In this document: positions 28,808 to 39,261 of the stretch, one piece after another
How positions within the stretch are numbered: position 1 is the stretch's first letter
Layout: every line of letters starts with the position of its first letter
Assembly (NCBI GenBank): GCA_022450005.1
Contig: JAKURE010000004.1
Location: 1 to 50,637, forward strand
DNA: 50,637 nucleotides
Direction of reading: 5' to 3'
From: Halobacteriales archaeon
Lineage (GTDB): Archaea; Halobacteriota; Halobacteria; Halobacteriales; Hikarchaeaceae
Notes under the pieces: generated by a model
What the model was told of the DNA's origin: nothing
Seen by the model: only the letters and a program-made list of their open reading frames with translations
Database searches by the model: none
Position numbers and translations under genes: made by a program

Positions 28808-29233
28808 TCAATCACTAATTTCATCCATAGCCTGAAGAACTTCAGTGGCTTCTTTTATCGCACTTAAGTATTCTTTCATCTTCTGTATATCTTCTTCTTG
28901 TTCTACCTTTTTTGTGAGGTCTTCTATCGTATCTAGTATCGCAGAACGAACCCCGGTCAGGTGTTCTCCTCTTCCCTCTCGTTCAACTTGACCCTCTTGA
29001 GTATCTACATTTTTTCCAGTTGTGACTTGTTCTCCGTTTTTGCAACTTGGGCAAAATTCTTCCCCCTCCTGACGAAAAATAGGATCTCCACATGTTTTAC
29101 AGTGTTTTCTAGTCATAGTTGCACCTTGCAACAAGAGAGCACTCATCACCCGCGCCGATTCCCTGCTTTTGGCTTCCTTTTCAAATTGCAAACGAAGTTT
29201 TTCCCTTTCCGCTTCTTTATCAATTTTTGCCAT
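28808..29233 (-). CDS. UPF0148 / Sjogren autoantigen-1 family Zn-ribbon protein
   Basis: MSALLLQGATMTRKHCKTCGDPIF...FCPSC. Confidence 0.88.
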   Translation of the reverse strand: MAKIDKEAEREKLRLQFEKEAKSRESARVMSALLLQGATMTRKHCKTCGDPIFRQEGEEFCPSCKNGEQVTTGKNVDTQEGQVEREGRGEHLTGVRSAILDTIEDLTKKVEQEEDIQKMKEYLSAIKEATEVLQAMDEISD

Positions 29234-29337
29234 TGATATCTCTAAAAATCCATCGGCACAAAAATCCTCCGAAGAGCCAGTTATTCTCCCGTCCCTTTTC
29301 GAAGCACTTTAAATATTCGACTGAGTTGTTTCTGATA

Positions 29338-30255
29338 ATGTCAAAAATTTCTATTATCGGAGCAGCAGGAACGGTAGGCTCTTCATTTGGATATCATTTA
29401 GCAGTTCAAGCCATAGCAGATGAAATAATATACGTCGATATTCCCTCGAAATACTCTTTCACGGTTGGACAAGCAGAGGACACAAACCACGCCCTTGCCT
29501 ATCATTCTGACACCAATGTCTCTTGTGGGGACTATTCAGACACAGAAAATTCCGATATCATAGTTATCACCGCCGGAAAACCAAGACAACCTGGACAAAC
29601 TAGAATCGACCTAGCCGCTGATAATATTGCTATTTTGGATTCTATTATTAATTCCCTTTTAGAATACAACGACAATTTTATATCGATTATAACAACCAAT
29701 CCTGTAGATTTACTCAATCGACATGTATTCGAATCGGGTGACCGCCCCCGGGAAAGCGTACTAGGGTTTGGTGGTATTCTCGATTCTGCACGATTCCGTT
29801 ACACACTTTCTAAAAAACTTTCTCTCCCTGTCACTGACATCGACGCAACAATTTTAGGTGAACATGGTGATTCTCAAGTGCCTATTTTTTCTCAAATCAA
29901 ACTCCCTGGAAACACTACCCCTTCATTTTCAACCGATGAAAAAGAATCCATTCTCTCTAGCTTAAAAGAATCTGCAATGCGCGTAATTGAACAGAAAAAA
30001 GCTACCCAATGGGGGCCCTCAGCAGGATTATACCACATGGTAGCTTCCATCCTAGAAAGCAATAATCAGACCTATCCTTGTTCCGTGGTACTCGACGGAG
30101 AGTATGGTTTATCCGATGTTAGCCTTGGTGTTCCCATCCACCTTTGCCCCACGGGAATGAAGGAAATTCTTGAATGGAATCTTTCTCCCACGGAGGAAGA
30201 TGCTCTCAAAAAATCAGCAGAAAAATTAGCTTCTGAATACGCCCTTTTAAAATAA
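29338..30255 (+). CDS. mdh: Malate dehydrogenase (LDH-like)
   Basis: IIGAAGTVG, TAGKPRQPGQTRIDL, NPVD, LDSARF, GEHGD; TTTAAATA box ~25-30 nt upstream supports this start. Confidence 0.93.
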   Translation: MSKISIIGAAGTVGSSFGYHLAVQAIADEIIYVDIPSKYSFTVGQAEDTNHALAYHSDTNVSCGDYSDTENSDIIVITAGKPRQPGQTRIDLAADNIAILDSIINSLLEYNDNFISIITTNPVDLLNRHVFESGDRPRESVLGFGGILDSARFRYTLSKKLSLPVTDIDATILGEHGDSQVPIFSQIKLPGNTTPSFSTDEKESILSSLKESAMRVIEQKKATQWGPSAGLYHMVASILESNNQTYPCSVVLDGEYGLSDVSLGVPIHLCPTGMKEILEWNLSPTEEDALKKSAEKLASEYALLK

Positions 30256-30269
30256 TTCGATCGAATTCC

Positions 30270-30512
30270 TCATACAACCCTATTTCCTGCATCATCATAT
30301 AATTTTATTGCATCAACCGGACATACCCGTGCAGCCATTTCCGCCTCAAATTCTTCTCCCTCTGGAACTTCCATTATGAATATGTCTTCTCCTTCTTCTA
30401 TTGAATCTCTTAAATCAGCTTTCCCCCGTTTGAGATTTTTCTGAAACCCTTCCCATTCATAAACACATTGAAACATCCCTGTGCAGGTATATCTATCAAA
30501 TTCTATTTTCAT
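30270..30512 (-). CDS. Ferredoxin (3Fe-4S-type motif)
   Basis: CTGMFQC...VCPVDAI. Confidence 0.88.
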   Translation of the reverse strand: MKIEFDRYTCTGMFQCVYEWEGFQKNLKRGKADLRDSIEEGEDIFIMEVPEGEEFEAEMAARVCPVDAIKLYDDAGNRVV

Positions 30513-30624
30513 ATTTACCCCTTCGTCTTAGTTTGTCTTATGTATACCGAGATTTAGCAACTAATATCAAAAAATTCTATCCACCATACTCATTACTTCT
30601 GCTAACTTCTTATTATCAACAGAC

Positions 30625-32859
30625 GTGAATGTAGATGACCTATCCGATCTGCCTAATAATGCAATAGATCTGCTCAAATCTAGCGGAGTACACACACTCT
30701 ACCCTCCCCAAATAATAGCTGTCGAAGCAGGAATTACTCAAGGAAAAAGTGTAGTAGCCAGTGTCCCCACAGCCAGTGGGAAAACTTTCATAGCCGAGTT
30801 AGCAATGCTTTCGACAATAGCCCGTGGAGGAAAGGCACTCTACATAGTCCCCTTGCGAGCCCTAGCCAACGAAAAAAAACAAGAATTCGATAGATTCGAT
30901 TCCATTGACATATCTGTAGGAAGTTCAACCGGAGATTATGAAAGCACCGACGATTGGCTATCAACCAAGGATATTATCGTTGCAACTTCTGAAAAAGTAG
31001 ACTCTTTAATTCGAAATTTTGCCCCTTGGATTTCCGATTTAACTTGTGTTGTCGCAGACGAAATTCATCTCTTAGACGATGCTTCTAGAGGGCCAACCCT
31101 AGAAATGACTTTGGCAAAACTGATTCATATAAATCCCAATATACAAATAGTTGGCCTATCTGCCACTGTCGGGAATGCCGATCAAATCGCAACTTGGCTC
31201 GACGCAACCTTGATTACATCAACATGGAGACCTATCTCTCTGCGAACTGGTGTTTACCATGACACTTCCATTCATTTCGACGATGGAACTATTCGTGACA
31301 TTCCTAAAAAATCCAACCCGGTTGAGGACATAATTCACGATGTCTTGCAAGAAGATGGATCTGCTCTAGTTTTTGTAAGTTCTCGCAGAAATGCAGAATC
31401 TGCAGCAAAAAAAATAGCTAGTGTAACTGATGGTTTTACCAACGAAACCAAACCAAATTTAATTGAACTAGCAAACCAAGTCCGGGATGAAGGCGAAACC
31501 CAATTGGCGAACACATTGGCCAATTCCATTGAAATGGGATCTGCATTTCACCACGCTGGATTGGTAAATAATCATCGCAGATTGGTTGAAAAGTCTTTTC
31601 GAGAACGTACAATAAAAGTGGTATGTGCCACTCCCACTTTGGCAGCCGGTGTCAACACACCTAGTAGACGTGTCATAGTTCGAGATTGGCGTAGATATAA
31701 TTCTTTCCGTGGAGGTATGGAGCCACTCTCCGTCATAGAAATGCATCAAATGTTTGGTCGGGCTGGCCGACCCAACTTAGATCCTTATGGGGAAGCAATA
31801 CTGTTGGCTTCGACACCCGACGAATTCAATGAACTTTTCGACCGATATATTGGAGCAGAACCCGAGTCCATCGAATCAAAGTTAGCTGTAGAACCTGCTT
31901 TAAGAACTCATATTTTATCTGCTATAGCTACTGGATTTGCTACCACTACGGAAGGACTCCTAGACTTTTTAGATGGAACTCTCTACGCGACACAAACCAC
32001 CGATACAAGAAGATTAAAATTTGTTACACATTCTGTGCTTGAATATTTAGAGGTCAATGGATTTCTAACTATGGTTGATGGCGATCTCTCCGCTACAAAG
32101 ATAGGGGAAGAAGTTTCTCGAATTTACCTCGATCCAATGTCTGCAGCCGAGATAATCTATGGACTAAAAACTTCTGAAAATCCTAGCCCCTTAGGTCTAT
32201 TCCATCTCATCAGTCGTACCCCCGATACTTACCCTTTATACCTCAAATCTGGAGACCGAGAATTTTATTACCAATTGGCATACGAATCTCAATCAGACTT
32301 TTTAGGGTCTTCTCCCTCTGAATTTGATCCCCATTGGGAAGATTGGCTTTCCGCTCTTAAAACAGCAAAAATGATAGAAGACTGGACTCAAGAAACGGAT
32401 GAAGAAACAATTACCAAACACTATCGAATGGGACCCGGGGACATACGTGCTAAAATAGATACCGCAGATTGGCTACTACGCGCAGCAGAAAGACTTGCCC
32501 TCTCTTTAGATCTACAATCCACTTCCACCATCCGAAATCTCCAAAGACGGGTAAAATATGGTGTAAAAGAAGAATTACTCGAATTAGTTGCAGTCCAAGG
32601 TGTGGGAAGAATTCGGGCCAGGCAATTGTTTAACCATGGAATCCACACCCGATCCGATCTACGCACAGAAGACAAACAACTTATTCTCACTGCCCTTTCT
32701 GGAAGAAAACTCACCACCGAACAAATCCTCCAAAACGCAGGGCGAACTGACTCTTCGTTGGAGGATATTTCTCCCAACCGACCATTTTCTTCTATAACAC
32801 ACAAAAAAACATCCAACCGGGAAGATGAAGATCAAGCGAATTTAGGAGATTTTAAATGA
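30625..32859 (+). CDS. hel308: Ski2-like DNA helicase Hel308/Hjm
   Basis: PTASGKT, DEIH, LSAT, FHHAGL, TLAAGVNTP, QMFGRAGRP. Confidence 0.95.
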   Translation: MNVDDLSDLPNNAIDLLKSSGVHTLYPPQIIAVEAGITQGKSVVASVPTASGKTFIAELAMLSTIARGGKALYIVPLRALANEKKQEFDRFDSIDISVGSSTGDYESTDDWLSTKDIIVATSEKVDSLIRNFAPWISDLTCVVADEIHLLDDASRGPTLEMTLAKLIHINPNIQIVGLSATVGNADQIATWLDATLITSTWRPISLRTGVYHDTSIHFDDGTIRDIPKKSNPVEDIIHDVLQEDGSALVFVSSRRNAESAAKKIASVTDGFTNETKPNLIELANQVRDEGETQLANTLANSIEMGSAFHHAGLVNNHRRLVEKSFRERTIKVVCATPTLAAGVNTPSRRVIVRDWRRYNSFRGGMEPLSVIEMHQMFGRAGRPNLDPYGEAILLASTPDEFNELFDRYIGAEPESIESKLAVEPALRTHILSAIATGFATTTEGLLDFLDGTLYATQTTDTRRLKFVTHSVLEYLEVNGFLTMVDGDLSATKIGEEVSRIYLDPMSAAEIIYGLKTSENPSPLGLFHLISRTPDTYPLYLKSGDREFYYQLAYESQSDFLGSSPSEFDPHWEDWLSALKTAKMIEDWTQETDEETITKHYRMGPGDIRAKIDTADWLLRAAERLALSLDLQSTSTIRNLQRRVKYGVKEELLELVAVQGVGRIRARQLFNHGIHTRSDLRTEDKQLILTALSGRKLTTEQILQNAGRTDSSLEDISPNRPFSSITHKKTSNREDEDQANLGDFK

Positions 32860-33347
32860 TTCTCATCGAAGGACACCTAGTCGACACAGATACCTCTTCT
32901 TTTCTCGAAAACCTCACCGGAATAGCCACCGAGCAAGAATGTGTTATTCAATCATTCGATGCGCGGTATATAGCTGGGAAATCCCATCTAATTCTAGCAA
33001 CAGAATATTCTAAAAGGGCATTTGAACGTGGGGATTCCATCGCAAAAAATCCTGCAATAGAGCTTCTTTTATACGCTTCTGGAAGGCGTCAAATAAATCG
33101 TGCGATGGAGATGTGTATCAGCCCCAAAACCACCGATGTAGTCATAGCTATTTACGGGGAAAACGAGACTAATTCTTCCGATCTACTACAGGAATTAATT
33201 CTACCCTCTGATGTGATAAATCCCACTAAAAATCTCGAATTACTTTGTACTTTTTTCGACATAACCAAACAAGAACTCGAAGTTTCCTCTACTGATATAG
33301 AATCATTAGTCCTCGAACGCGTAGCACTTCTCAATCTATCTAAATAA
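32856..33347 (+). CDS. cgi121: KEOPS complex subunit Cgi121
   Basis: QSFDARYI, ELLLYASGRRQI, LVLERVALL; coupled to hel308. Confidence 0.92.
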   Translation: MILIEGHLVDTDTSSFLENLTGIATEQECVIQSFDARYIAGKSHLILATEYSKRAFERGDSIAKNPAIELLLYASGRRQINRAMEMCISPKTTDVVIAIYGENETNSSDLLQELILPSDVINPTKNLELLCTFFDITKQELEVSSTDIESLVLERVALLNLSK

Positions 33348-33409
33348 CCCCCTTTTCATTTCCTGTAGTTTTATGCACTAGCACGTCGTATGGGGGTCAG
33401 GTAAAATTC

Positions 33410-33670
33410 ATGCACCGTTACACACAACAAATCTTATTCGCTATAGTTATGTTACTAATAGATCTCCTCGTACTCCTTCCCCTTTTCATCTTCCGCGTCA
33501 GCGGAATCGCTGGATATGGTGGCTGGGGATACCCCGGCCCCGGGGTCATGTTTGTAAATGTCTTACTCATTTGGCTCCTTTACATTGGAATCTTCAATGT
33601 TTTCTTGGCGGACTACGGAGGAAACATAGGAAAAAGTGTAGCAAAAGCTATCTTTGACAAATTTCTATGA
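33410..33670 (+). CDS. Small hypothetical 2-TM membrane protein
   Basis: 86 aa, two hydrophobic helices joined by a Gly/Tyr/Pro loop. Confidence 0.55.
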   Translation: MHRYTQQILFAIVMLLIDLLVLLPLFIFRVSGIAGYGGWGYPGPGVMFVNVLLIWLLYIGIFNVFLADYGGNIGKSVAKAIFDKFL

Positions 33671-33721
33671 TGATTCACCCCACACATTCCCTCTCTATTC
33701 TTAATTAGAAACACCCCCCCT

Positions 33722-36082
33722 ATGACAAATTCGATAGGATCTCGGATTCCTTCAAAATTAGGGGAAATTTTTGTCACTGGATCTGGTACTTTCGTCGATG
33801 ATATGGCGTTTCCCGGAATGCTCCATGCACGTTTCGTCCGTTGCCCACATCCACACGCAAAAATCGTTTCAATAGATACTTCGCATGCCCTTTCTATCCC
33901 CGGAGTTGAATTAGTTTGGACTTGGAAGGATCTATCACCTTATCTAAGCTCTAATCATTTTGGGCATGATATCCTCGATGAAGAACCCCTTGCTATCGAT
34001 CGAGCTCGTTATGTAGGTGATGAAGTTGCTATAGTTCTAGCCCAAGACGCTCATACAGCCCTCGAAGCATCTGAAGCCGTTAATATCACCTACGATCTCC
34101 TACCCTCAGTCACTAGCGTCGAAGACGCTCTTTCATCTACATCTCCGCTGCTACATCCCCGCCTAGATGAGGATCCTAGCTCTTCAGTCAAAGGAAATTT
34201 ATTACATTCCTTTTCAATTAAAACCGGGGATGTCCCGGCGGCTCTAAAATCTCCTCATGTTTCTGCATCCGGATCCTTCAAAACCAACCGAACTAGTCCA
34301 TCTGCACTCGAGCCCCATGGAGTCATAGCTAGCTACACACCCGGAAGGGAGCTTGCTATTCATTCTCCCAATCAAAAACCCCATTCGATGGTGACTAATT
34401 TAGAAACTATATTTGGGTTTGAACCCGGATTTATCACCTGGAATGTACCTGACATTGGGGGTTCTTTTGGTACTAAAGCAGAATTACTTTCTCATGAAAT
34501 TTGTGCCTCTGCACTTACACTCGCCACCCGTAAACCTGTAAAGATAATCCTCGATCGATTAGAAGAATTACAGACAGGAAGAGGTCGGCCAGAAGAACAT
34601 TTTAATGCGTGCTTAACCGCAGATAAAAATGGTAATTTTATATCACTCACGGTCGACATGATTCAAAACACTGGAGCATACGCTTCATACGGCATCCACA
34701 CCTCCGAAACACCCGGACTCCTTGCAGCCTGTCCGTATCTAATCGAACATCAAAACATATCTGGAAAAGTTGTCTATACAAATGTGGTACCCTCTGGGGC
34801 TGTTAGGGGGTTCGGCGATTCTCAATATACTTTCGTCAGAGAACAACTAGTTGATGCAATCTCTAGAAAACTCAATAGAGATCCCATCGATTTGAGATTG
34901 CAAAATATAGCCACGAAAGACCAAATGCCAGTTACAACGGCAACTGGCATTAAATGGAGAAACACGGATTTACCTTCTTGTATTACTGCAGTAAGAGATT
35001 CACTTTCTCTACCATCCGCTCCTCCTTCAAACAATAAACTTCGAGGTATAGGACTAGCCGTTTCTGTCAAACGAAATGGAAAAAAAGGTGCGAACTCTGA
35101 TTTCTCTAAAGCCACAGTTGAGGTCAATAACAAAGGCACGGTTTACATATACTCCGACGTTATCAGCGTTGGTCAGGGCACCGAGACTGGTCTTGCTCAA
35201 ATAACATCAGAAATTTTGGGAATTTCTCAAAAGAGAATAAAAGTTATAACTGGAAACACAGATACAATTGCAGATGGCCACGGAGTAGGCGCCGATAGAG
35301 GCACTGTATTCATTGGAAGTGCAACTGCAAAAGCCGCAGAAAATCTTCGAGAAAAAATTATCAAAATCGCATCTAATTTCTTACAAATAGAATCTAAATA
35401 TGTAACCCTTTCTTCTGATAGGATCTTCGATGCATCCAACCCTGACAATGGGATGGAATTCACAGAATTCGCTCGCCGCGCTAGATTCGACGATCCCTCT
35501 ACTAAATTAAATCAAAATGAAACTGGGGTGTCCCTGATAGGGCATGCAACTTTCGAAAGTTTAGAAGCACAAACCGTAGATCCTAAAACCAGGTTGGGGA
35601 ACGTTTCTCATACTTACACCCATTCTGCTGTCGGAGTAATTGTAGATGTAGACCTAGGTACTGGGGATATTGACATACTCGATATATGTGTTGCAGAGGA
35701 CTTGGGTTGTGTAATTAACCCCCTTTTAGTCGAGGGACAAATTCAAGGGTGTATCGGCCACGCAGCAGGGGACGTTTTTCTCGAGAACTTTACGTATGAT
35801 TCCCATGGACATCCCCACAATGGAACTCTAGTTGACTACCACCTTCCAACTACCATTGACGTCCCCTTGCTAACTAAAATGCATAAAATTGAATCTCCCG
35901 ATCCTGCCACTTCCCATGGGCAAAGAGGAGCTGGAGAAGGTGCATTATTACCATTCCCCGCCGCGATAGCAAATGCTATTCGTGATGCCACAGGTGTTCG
36001 TTTCAGAGAGCTACCACTCTCCCCTCAAAAAATTCTCCCCTCTCTCATAGACCATGGGTTTTCAATCCACGAAAAATCATAG
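33722..36082 (+). CDS. Xanthine dehydrogenase-family molybdopterin-binding (large) subunit
   Basis: PGMLHARFVR.PHPHA, IGGSFGTK, GAVRGFG, GQGTET, INPLLVEGQIQG, RGAGE. Confidence 0.93.
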   Translation: MTNSIGSRIPSKLGEIFVTGSGTFVDDMAFPGMLHARFVRCPHPHAKIVSIDTSHALSIPGVELVWTWKDLSPYLSSNHFGHDILDEEPLAIDRARYVGDEVAIVLAQDAHTALEASEAVNITYDLLPSVTSVEDALSSTSPLLHPRLDEDPSSSVKGNLLHSFSIKTGDVPAALKSPHVSASGSFKTNRTSPSALEPHGVIASYTPGRELAIHSPNQKPHSMVTNLETIFGFEPGFITWNVPDIGGSFGTKAELLSHEICASALTLATRKPVKIILDRLEELQTGRGRPEEHFNACLTADKNGNFISLTVDMIQNTGAYASYGIHTSETPGLLAACPYLIEHQNISGKVVYTNVVPSGAVRGFGDSQYTFVREQLVDAISRKLNRDPIDLRLQNIATKDQMPVTTATGIKWRNTDLPSCITAVRDSLSLPSAPPSNNKLRGIGLAVSVKRNGKKGANSDFSKATVEVNNKGTVYIYSDVISVGQGTETGLAQITSEILGISQKRIKVITGNTDTIADGHGVGADRGTVFIGSATAKAAENLREKIIKIASNFLQIESKYVTLSSDRIFDASNPDNGMEFTEFARRARFDDPSTKLNQNETGVSLIGHATFESLEAQTVDPKTRLGNVSHTYTHSAVGVIVDVDLGTGDIDILDICVAEDLGCVINPLLVEGQIQGCIGHAAGDVFLENFTYDSHGHPHNGTLVDYHLPTTIDVPLLTKMHKIESPDPATSHGQRGAGEGALLPFPAAIANAIRDATGVRFRELPLSPQKILPSLIDHGFSIHEKS

Positions 36083-36097
36083 TTCACCGCTTTAATT

Positions 36098-37831
36098 TTA
36101 CTCCACCACATGAAGAGACAAAAACGATTCCTTATCTGATTCATGATAGATAGTATTGGTGGCAATCTGCATATCTCCCATTGCTGCATCACATGGGTGA
36201 ATTTCAGTATTTGAATTCCTATCCCATCTTGGGAAACTACTCGAAGAAATTTCCAATCTAATTCTATGACCTGGCTTAAATGTATGGGCAACATGCCACA
36301 AATCTACAGAGATCTCATACACATCTCCTGGTTGCATGAATGTAGCTTCTTCCATTGAATCTCTATATCTAGCTCTCAAAATACCCTCTGTAACATTTCC
36401 ACAGTATCCATTTGGTTCCACGTCTACTAGTTTAGCTGTGAAATCCGTGTCCACTGCTGAACTTGATATGAATAACTTTGCCTCAACAGGACCTGCTATC
36501 GTAACCGCCCTATCCAAACGAGGTGTTGTGTATACTAACACATCTTCTCTTTCTTCAATCACCGACTGATCTTTTACCCCTGCCTCTTGCACCTCCGGCA
36601 TTTGAATTCGACCACCCATGGTTGGAACTGGATCAAGTGGATCATACTGGTAACTATCTGGACATTGTATATCTGGGGTATCCAACAACAATGTCCCATT
36701 CCCAAACCTCGTATTTGCCTGTCCCGCACTATGCAAATAATATTTAACATCTCTGCCCTCCGGAGGCCACGCATCCGCGTTGGTCCACTCTCTAGACCCT
36801 ATATCAAAATAACGAACAAGAGGCAGTTCTTTGAGTTTCTCAGTTTCTCCTTTCAACCACGCGTCGAACCACGAAAATATAAATGGTCCAACAAAACCTG
36901 CAGCGCTGGACGCTATAGGTCCAAATACTTTATCCCCGACCCTATCATTCGCATATCCCATATATGATTCATGGGCCCATGGTCCAATTAACAATCTTTG
37001 TTCATTTTTCGGAATATCCTTTCCACTTTCTTGCAAAGCGTTGTACATATCCATATGACCTCTAGAAAAGAGATCTTGCCACCCTGTTATATCCAAAGTT
37101 GGGGCGGATACGGCAGATGCTTTCTGCGTTGCATCAATAGATTTCCAATACTCATCATAGGTTGGATGATCCAACCAATCTTGATAGTAACTCACTAATT
37201 CTCTTTCCAATCCTGGAGCCTTTCTGTGTGGCAAATAAGACATACTTTCTTGCAAATGAGCGGCCGCATAGGTCAGATGTTTTTTTGCTATTTCTCTCTT
37301 ACTTTCCTCCAACCCTGACACAGCCCCTAAAGCTAATTTTATTGCCCATCTGTGGTTAAATCCCAATTCAAATGCTCCACCTGTGTATGTCCAACCTTGA
37401 TGATAATTAGCCCCTGTTAGATATGCAACAGCGGCTTCCAAATGAGGTGGATTTGAAACAACAGCCTGCCTGACAGTAACGCCGAGATATGAATTTCCAT
37501 ATCTCCCTACTTTCCCATTACCCCATTCTTGTTTGGCAACCCACTCAACCGAATCATACCCATCATCAGCTTCGGTATAAAACGGAACAAATTCTCCATC
37601 TGATGTAAATCTCCCCCTGGTATCTTGAACAACAATTACATAACCGCGCTCTGGTCCTTGGATGGGATTTACCATCGGGGCCCCTGTGGACTGAGCACTA
37701 GATTTATTGTATGGAATGCGTGTTAGCAGCGCTGGGTATTCTCCATCTTCACTAGGTCGATAGATATCTGCTCTAAGAATAACCCCATCTCTCATGGGCA
37801 TCGGCACATCACGTTCTACATAAAATTGCAT
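36098..37831 (-). CDS. CocE/NonD family serine hydrolase
   Basis: MRDGVILRADIYRP, QDTRGRFTSDG, GNSYLG nucleophile, GWQD, IGPWAH. Confidence 0.93.
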   Translation of the reverse strand: MQFYVERDVPMPMRDGVILRADIYRPSEDGEYPALLTRIPYNKSSAQSTGAPMVNPIQGPERGYVIVVQDTRGRFTSDGEFVPFYTEADDGYDSVEWVAKQEWGNGKVGRYGNSYLGVTVRQAVVSNPPHLEAAVAYLTGANYHQGWTYTGGAFELGFNHRWAIKLALGAVSGLEESKREIAKKHLTYAAAHLQESMSYLPHRKAPGLERELVSYYQDWLDHPTYDEYWKSIDATQKASAVSAPTLDITGWQDLFSRGHMDMYNALQESGKDIPKNEQRLLIGPWAHESYMGYANDRVGDKVFGPIASSAAGFVGPFIFSWFDAWLKGETEKLKELPLVRYFDIGSREWTNADAWPPEGRDVKYYLHSAGQANTRFGNGTLLLDTPDIQCPDSYQYDPLDPVPTMGGRIQMPEVQEAGVKDQSVIEEREDVLVYTTPRLDRAVTIAGPVEAKLFISSSAVDTDFTAKLVDVEPNGYCGNVTEGILRARYRDSMEEATFMQPGDVYEISVDLWHVAHTFKPGHRIRLEISSSSFPRWDRNSNTEIHPCDAAMGDMQIATNTIYHESDKESFLSLHVVE

Positions 37832-37872
37832 ATCGTGAAAAAGACCTTCTCGAGTCTTATACTTGTATATGC

Positions 37873-38859
37873 CTACTTAAGCAGCGGGAGAACTTCTTCC
37901 CCTATCAAATCCATACAATAATCATAATCGTGCAATCTAAAACGAAGGTCAAAGACAATATGATCAACTCCAGCTTCAATAAATTTTCCCACCTCTTGCG
38001 CAATGTCTTCTGGTGTTCCTGCCATAATTACCCCTTCCAAGTCCTCTAGATTCTCGAATTTTCCTGATTTTGGTTTGAGCCACCATCTCTGATTATTTGC
38101 AGCATTTAGCAACCCTTCTACATTCACGGGCTCTAAAGCCTTCTCACGTGTCGTATCTGGACTGGTAGGAGGAACCACCCCTACCGTTGGCATATCCTTT
38201 CCACTCTCTTCTGATAATTCTCTCAATTGGCGCATTCTCACTCTAAATGTAGGAATGGTGATTCTCCCCGGAAACCACCCGTCACAATATTCAACCGCCC
38301 TTCTCGCAGATGCCGGTGTGGACCCCCCATACCAAATAGGTATCTCCCTCTTTGGTCTTGGGGCAATTCCCAATCCTTCTACTGGAAACAATCTTCCATC
38401 ATAGGTTATTTCATCATTTCCCCATGCCAATCTCATAATTTCAACCGCTTCTCTCACAGCATCAACTCTATCATCTAAACCCAATCCTACTAGCTCGAAT
38501 TCATCTTTAAACAATGTCGCACCTGCTCCCATTCCTGCAATAACTCTCCCTTCAGATAACCAATCCAAACTAGCAAATAAATGTGCCATATACAATGGAT
38601 GTCTCCACGGAACTGCAACGGCAGTTCCCAATTTTAATTTTTTAGTTGCAGCTGCCAACCCTGCTAATACAACAAAAGGTTCCACCATTGTGGCACTTGA
38701 TCCTTCAAACCCATGCCCATGAAACCGTAAGAAATGATCTCTAACCCACACAGAATCAAATTCTAGTTCTTCTGCTCTTTTTGCCCCTTCTATCAGCGAC
38801 GAAGCAGACGCATGCTCTCCAAAATGTGGTAACAATAATCCATAACTAACTTTTCCCAT
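37873..38859 (-). CDS. LLM-class flavin/F420-dependent oxidoreductase
   Basis: FDSVWVRDH, EPFVVLAGLAAAT, LSEGR, PIWYGG, DGW. Confidence 0.9.
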   Translation of the reverse strand: MGKVSYGLLLPHFGEHASASSLIEGAKRAEELEFDSVWVRDHFLRFHGHGFEGSSATMVEPFVVLAGLAAATKKLKLGTAVAVPWRHPLYMAHLFASLDWLSEGRVIAGMGAGATLFKDEFELVGLGLDDRVDAVREAVEIMRLAWGNDEITYDGRLFPVEGLGIAPRPKREIPIWYGGSTPASARRAVEYCDGWFPGRITIPTFRVRMRQLRELSEESGKDMPTVGVVPPTSPDTTREKALEPVNVEGLLNAANNQRWWLKPKSGKFENLEDLEGVIMAGTPEDIAQEVGKFIEAGVDHIVFDLRFRLHDYDYCMDLIGEEVLPLLK

Positions 38860-38904
38860 GTCTAACTATTTGACGACTTGTATACCTATTTCTTTGCTTT
38901 GTGC

Positions 38905-39261
38905 TCACACATCTAGATATACTGTTTGCTCTTCAACCACGATTTTGTATGTTGGAATCCTTATATCTGGATCCCCTGCATGCTCCCCGGTTTTAATATC
39001 ATATGCCCATCCATGCCAAGGACATATTACTACATAATCCTCTGTGAAATATTCCTCTGGAAGTTTTCCAAGAGGAGGGACGTCTCCTCCTACTCTTTTT
39101 CTTATATCTCCTGTACACACCGGGCCCCTTTGATGGCAACAAGAGTTAAGCAGTGCATAAAATTCCCCATCTATGTTAAATATCCCCACTTCGACACCTT
39201 TCACTTTAACCACTTTACCCTCTCCGTGCTCTACTTCTTCTACTTTACAAACCTCAATCAT
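38905..39261 (-). CDS. Rieske [2Fe-2S] ferredoxin
   Basis: CCH (CxH) ... CPWH (CxxH); overlaps the amidohydrolase stop codon by 4 nt. Confidence 0.93.
   Translation of the reverse strand: MIEVCKVEEVEHGEGKVVKVKGVEVGIFNIDGEFYALLNSCCHQRGPVCTGDIRKRVGGDVPPLGKLPEEYFTEDYVVICPWHGWAYDIKTGEHAGDPDIRIPTYKIVVEEQTVYLDV

Noticed and set aside
29119-29337. Long N-terminal extension of mdh (similarly for eif2g, FMN reductase, rpoE1, ITPase and the DapA-family gene)
   Set aside because: Extensions overlap neighbouring genes or promoter regions; downstream starts match family N-termini
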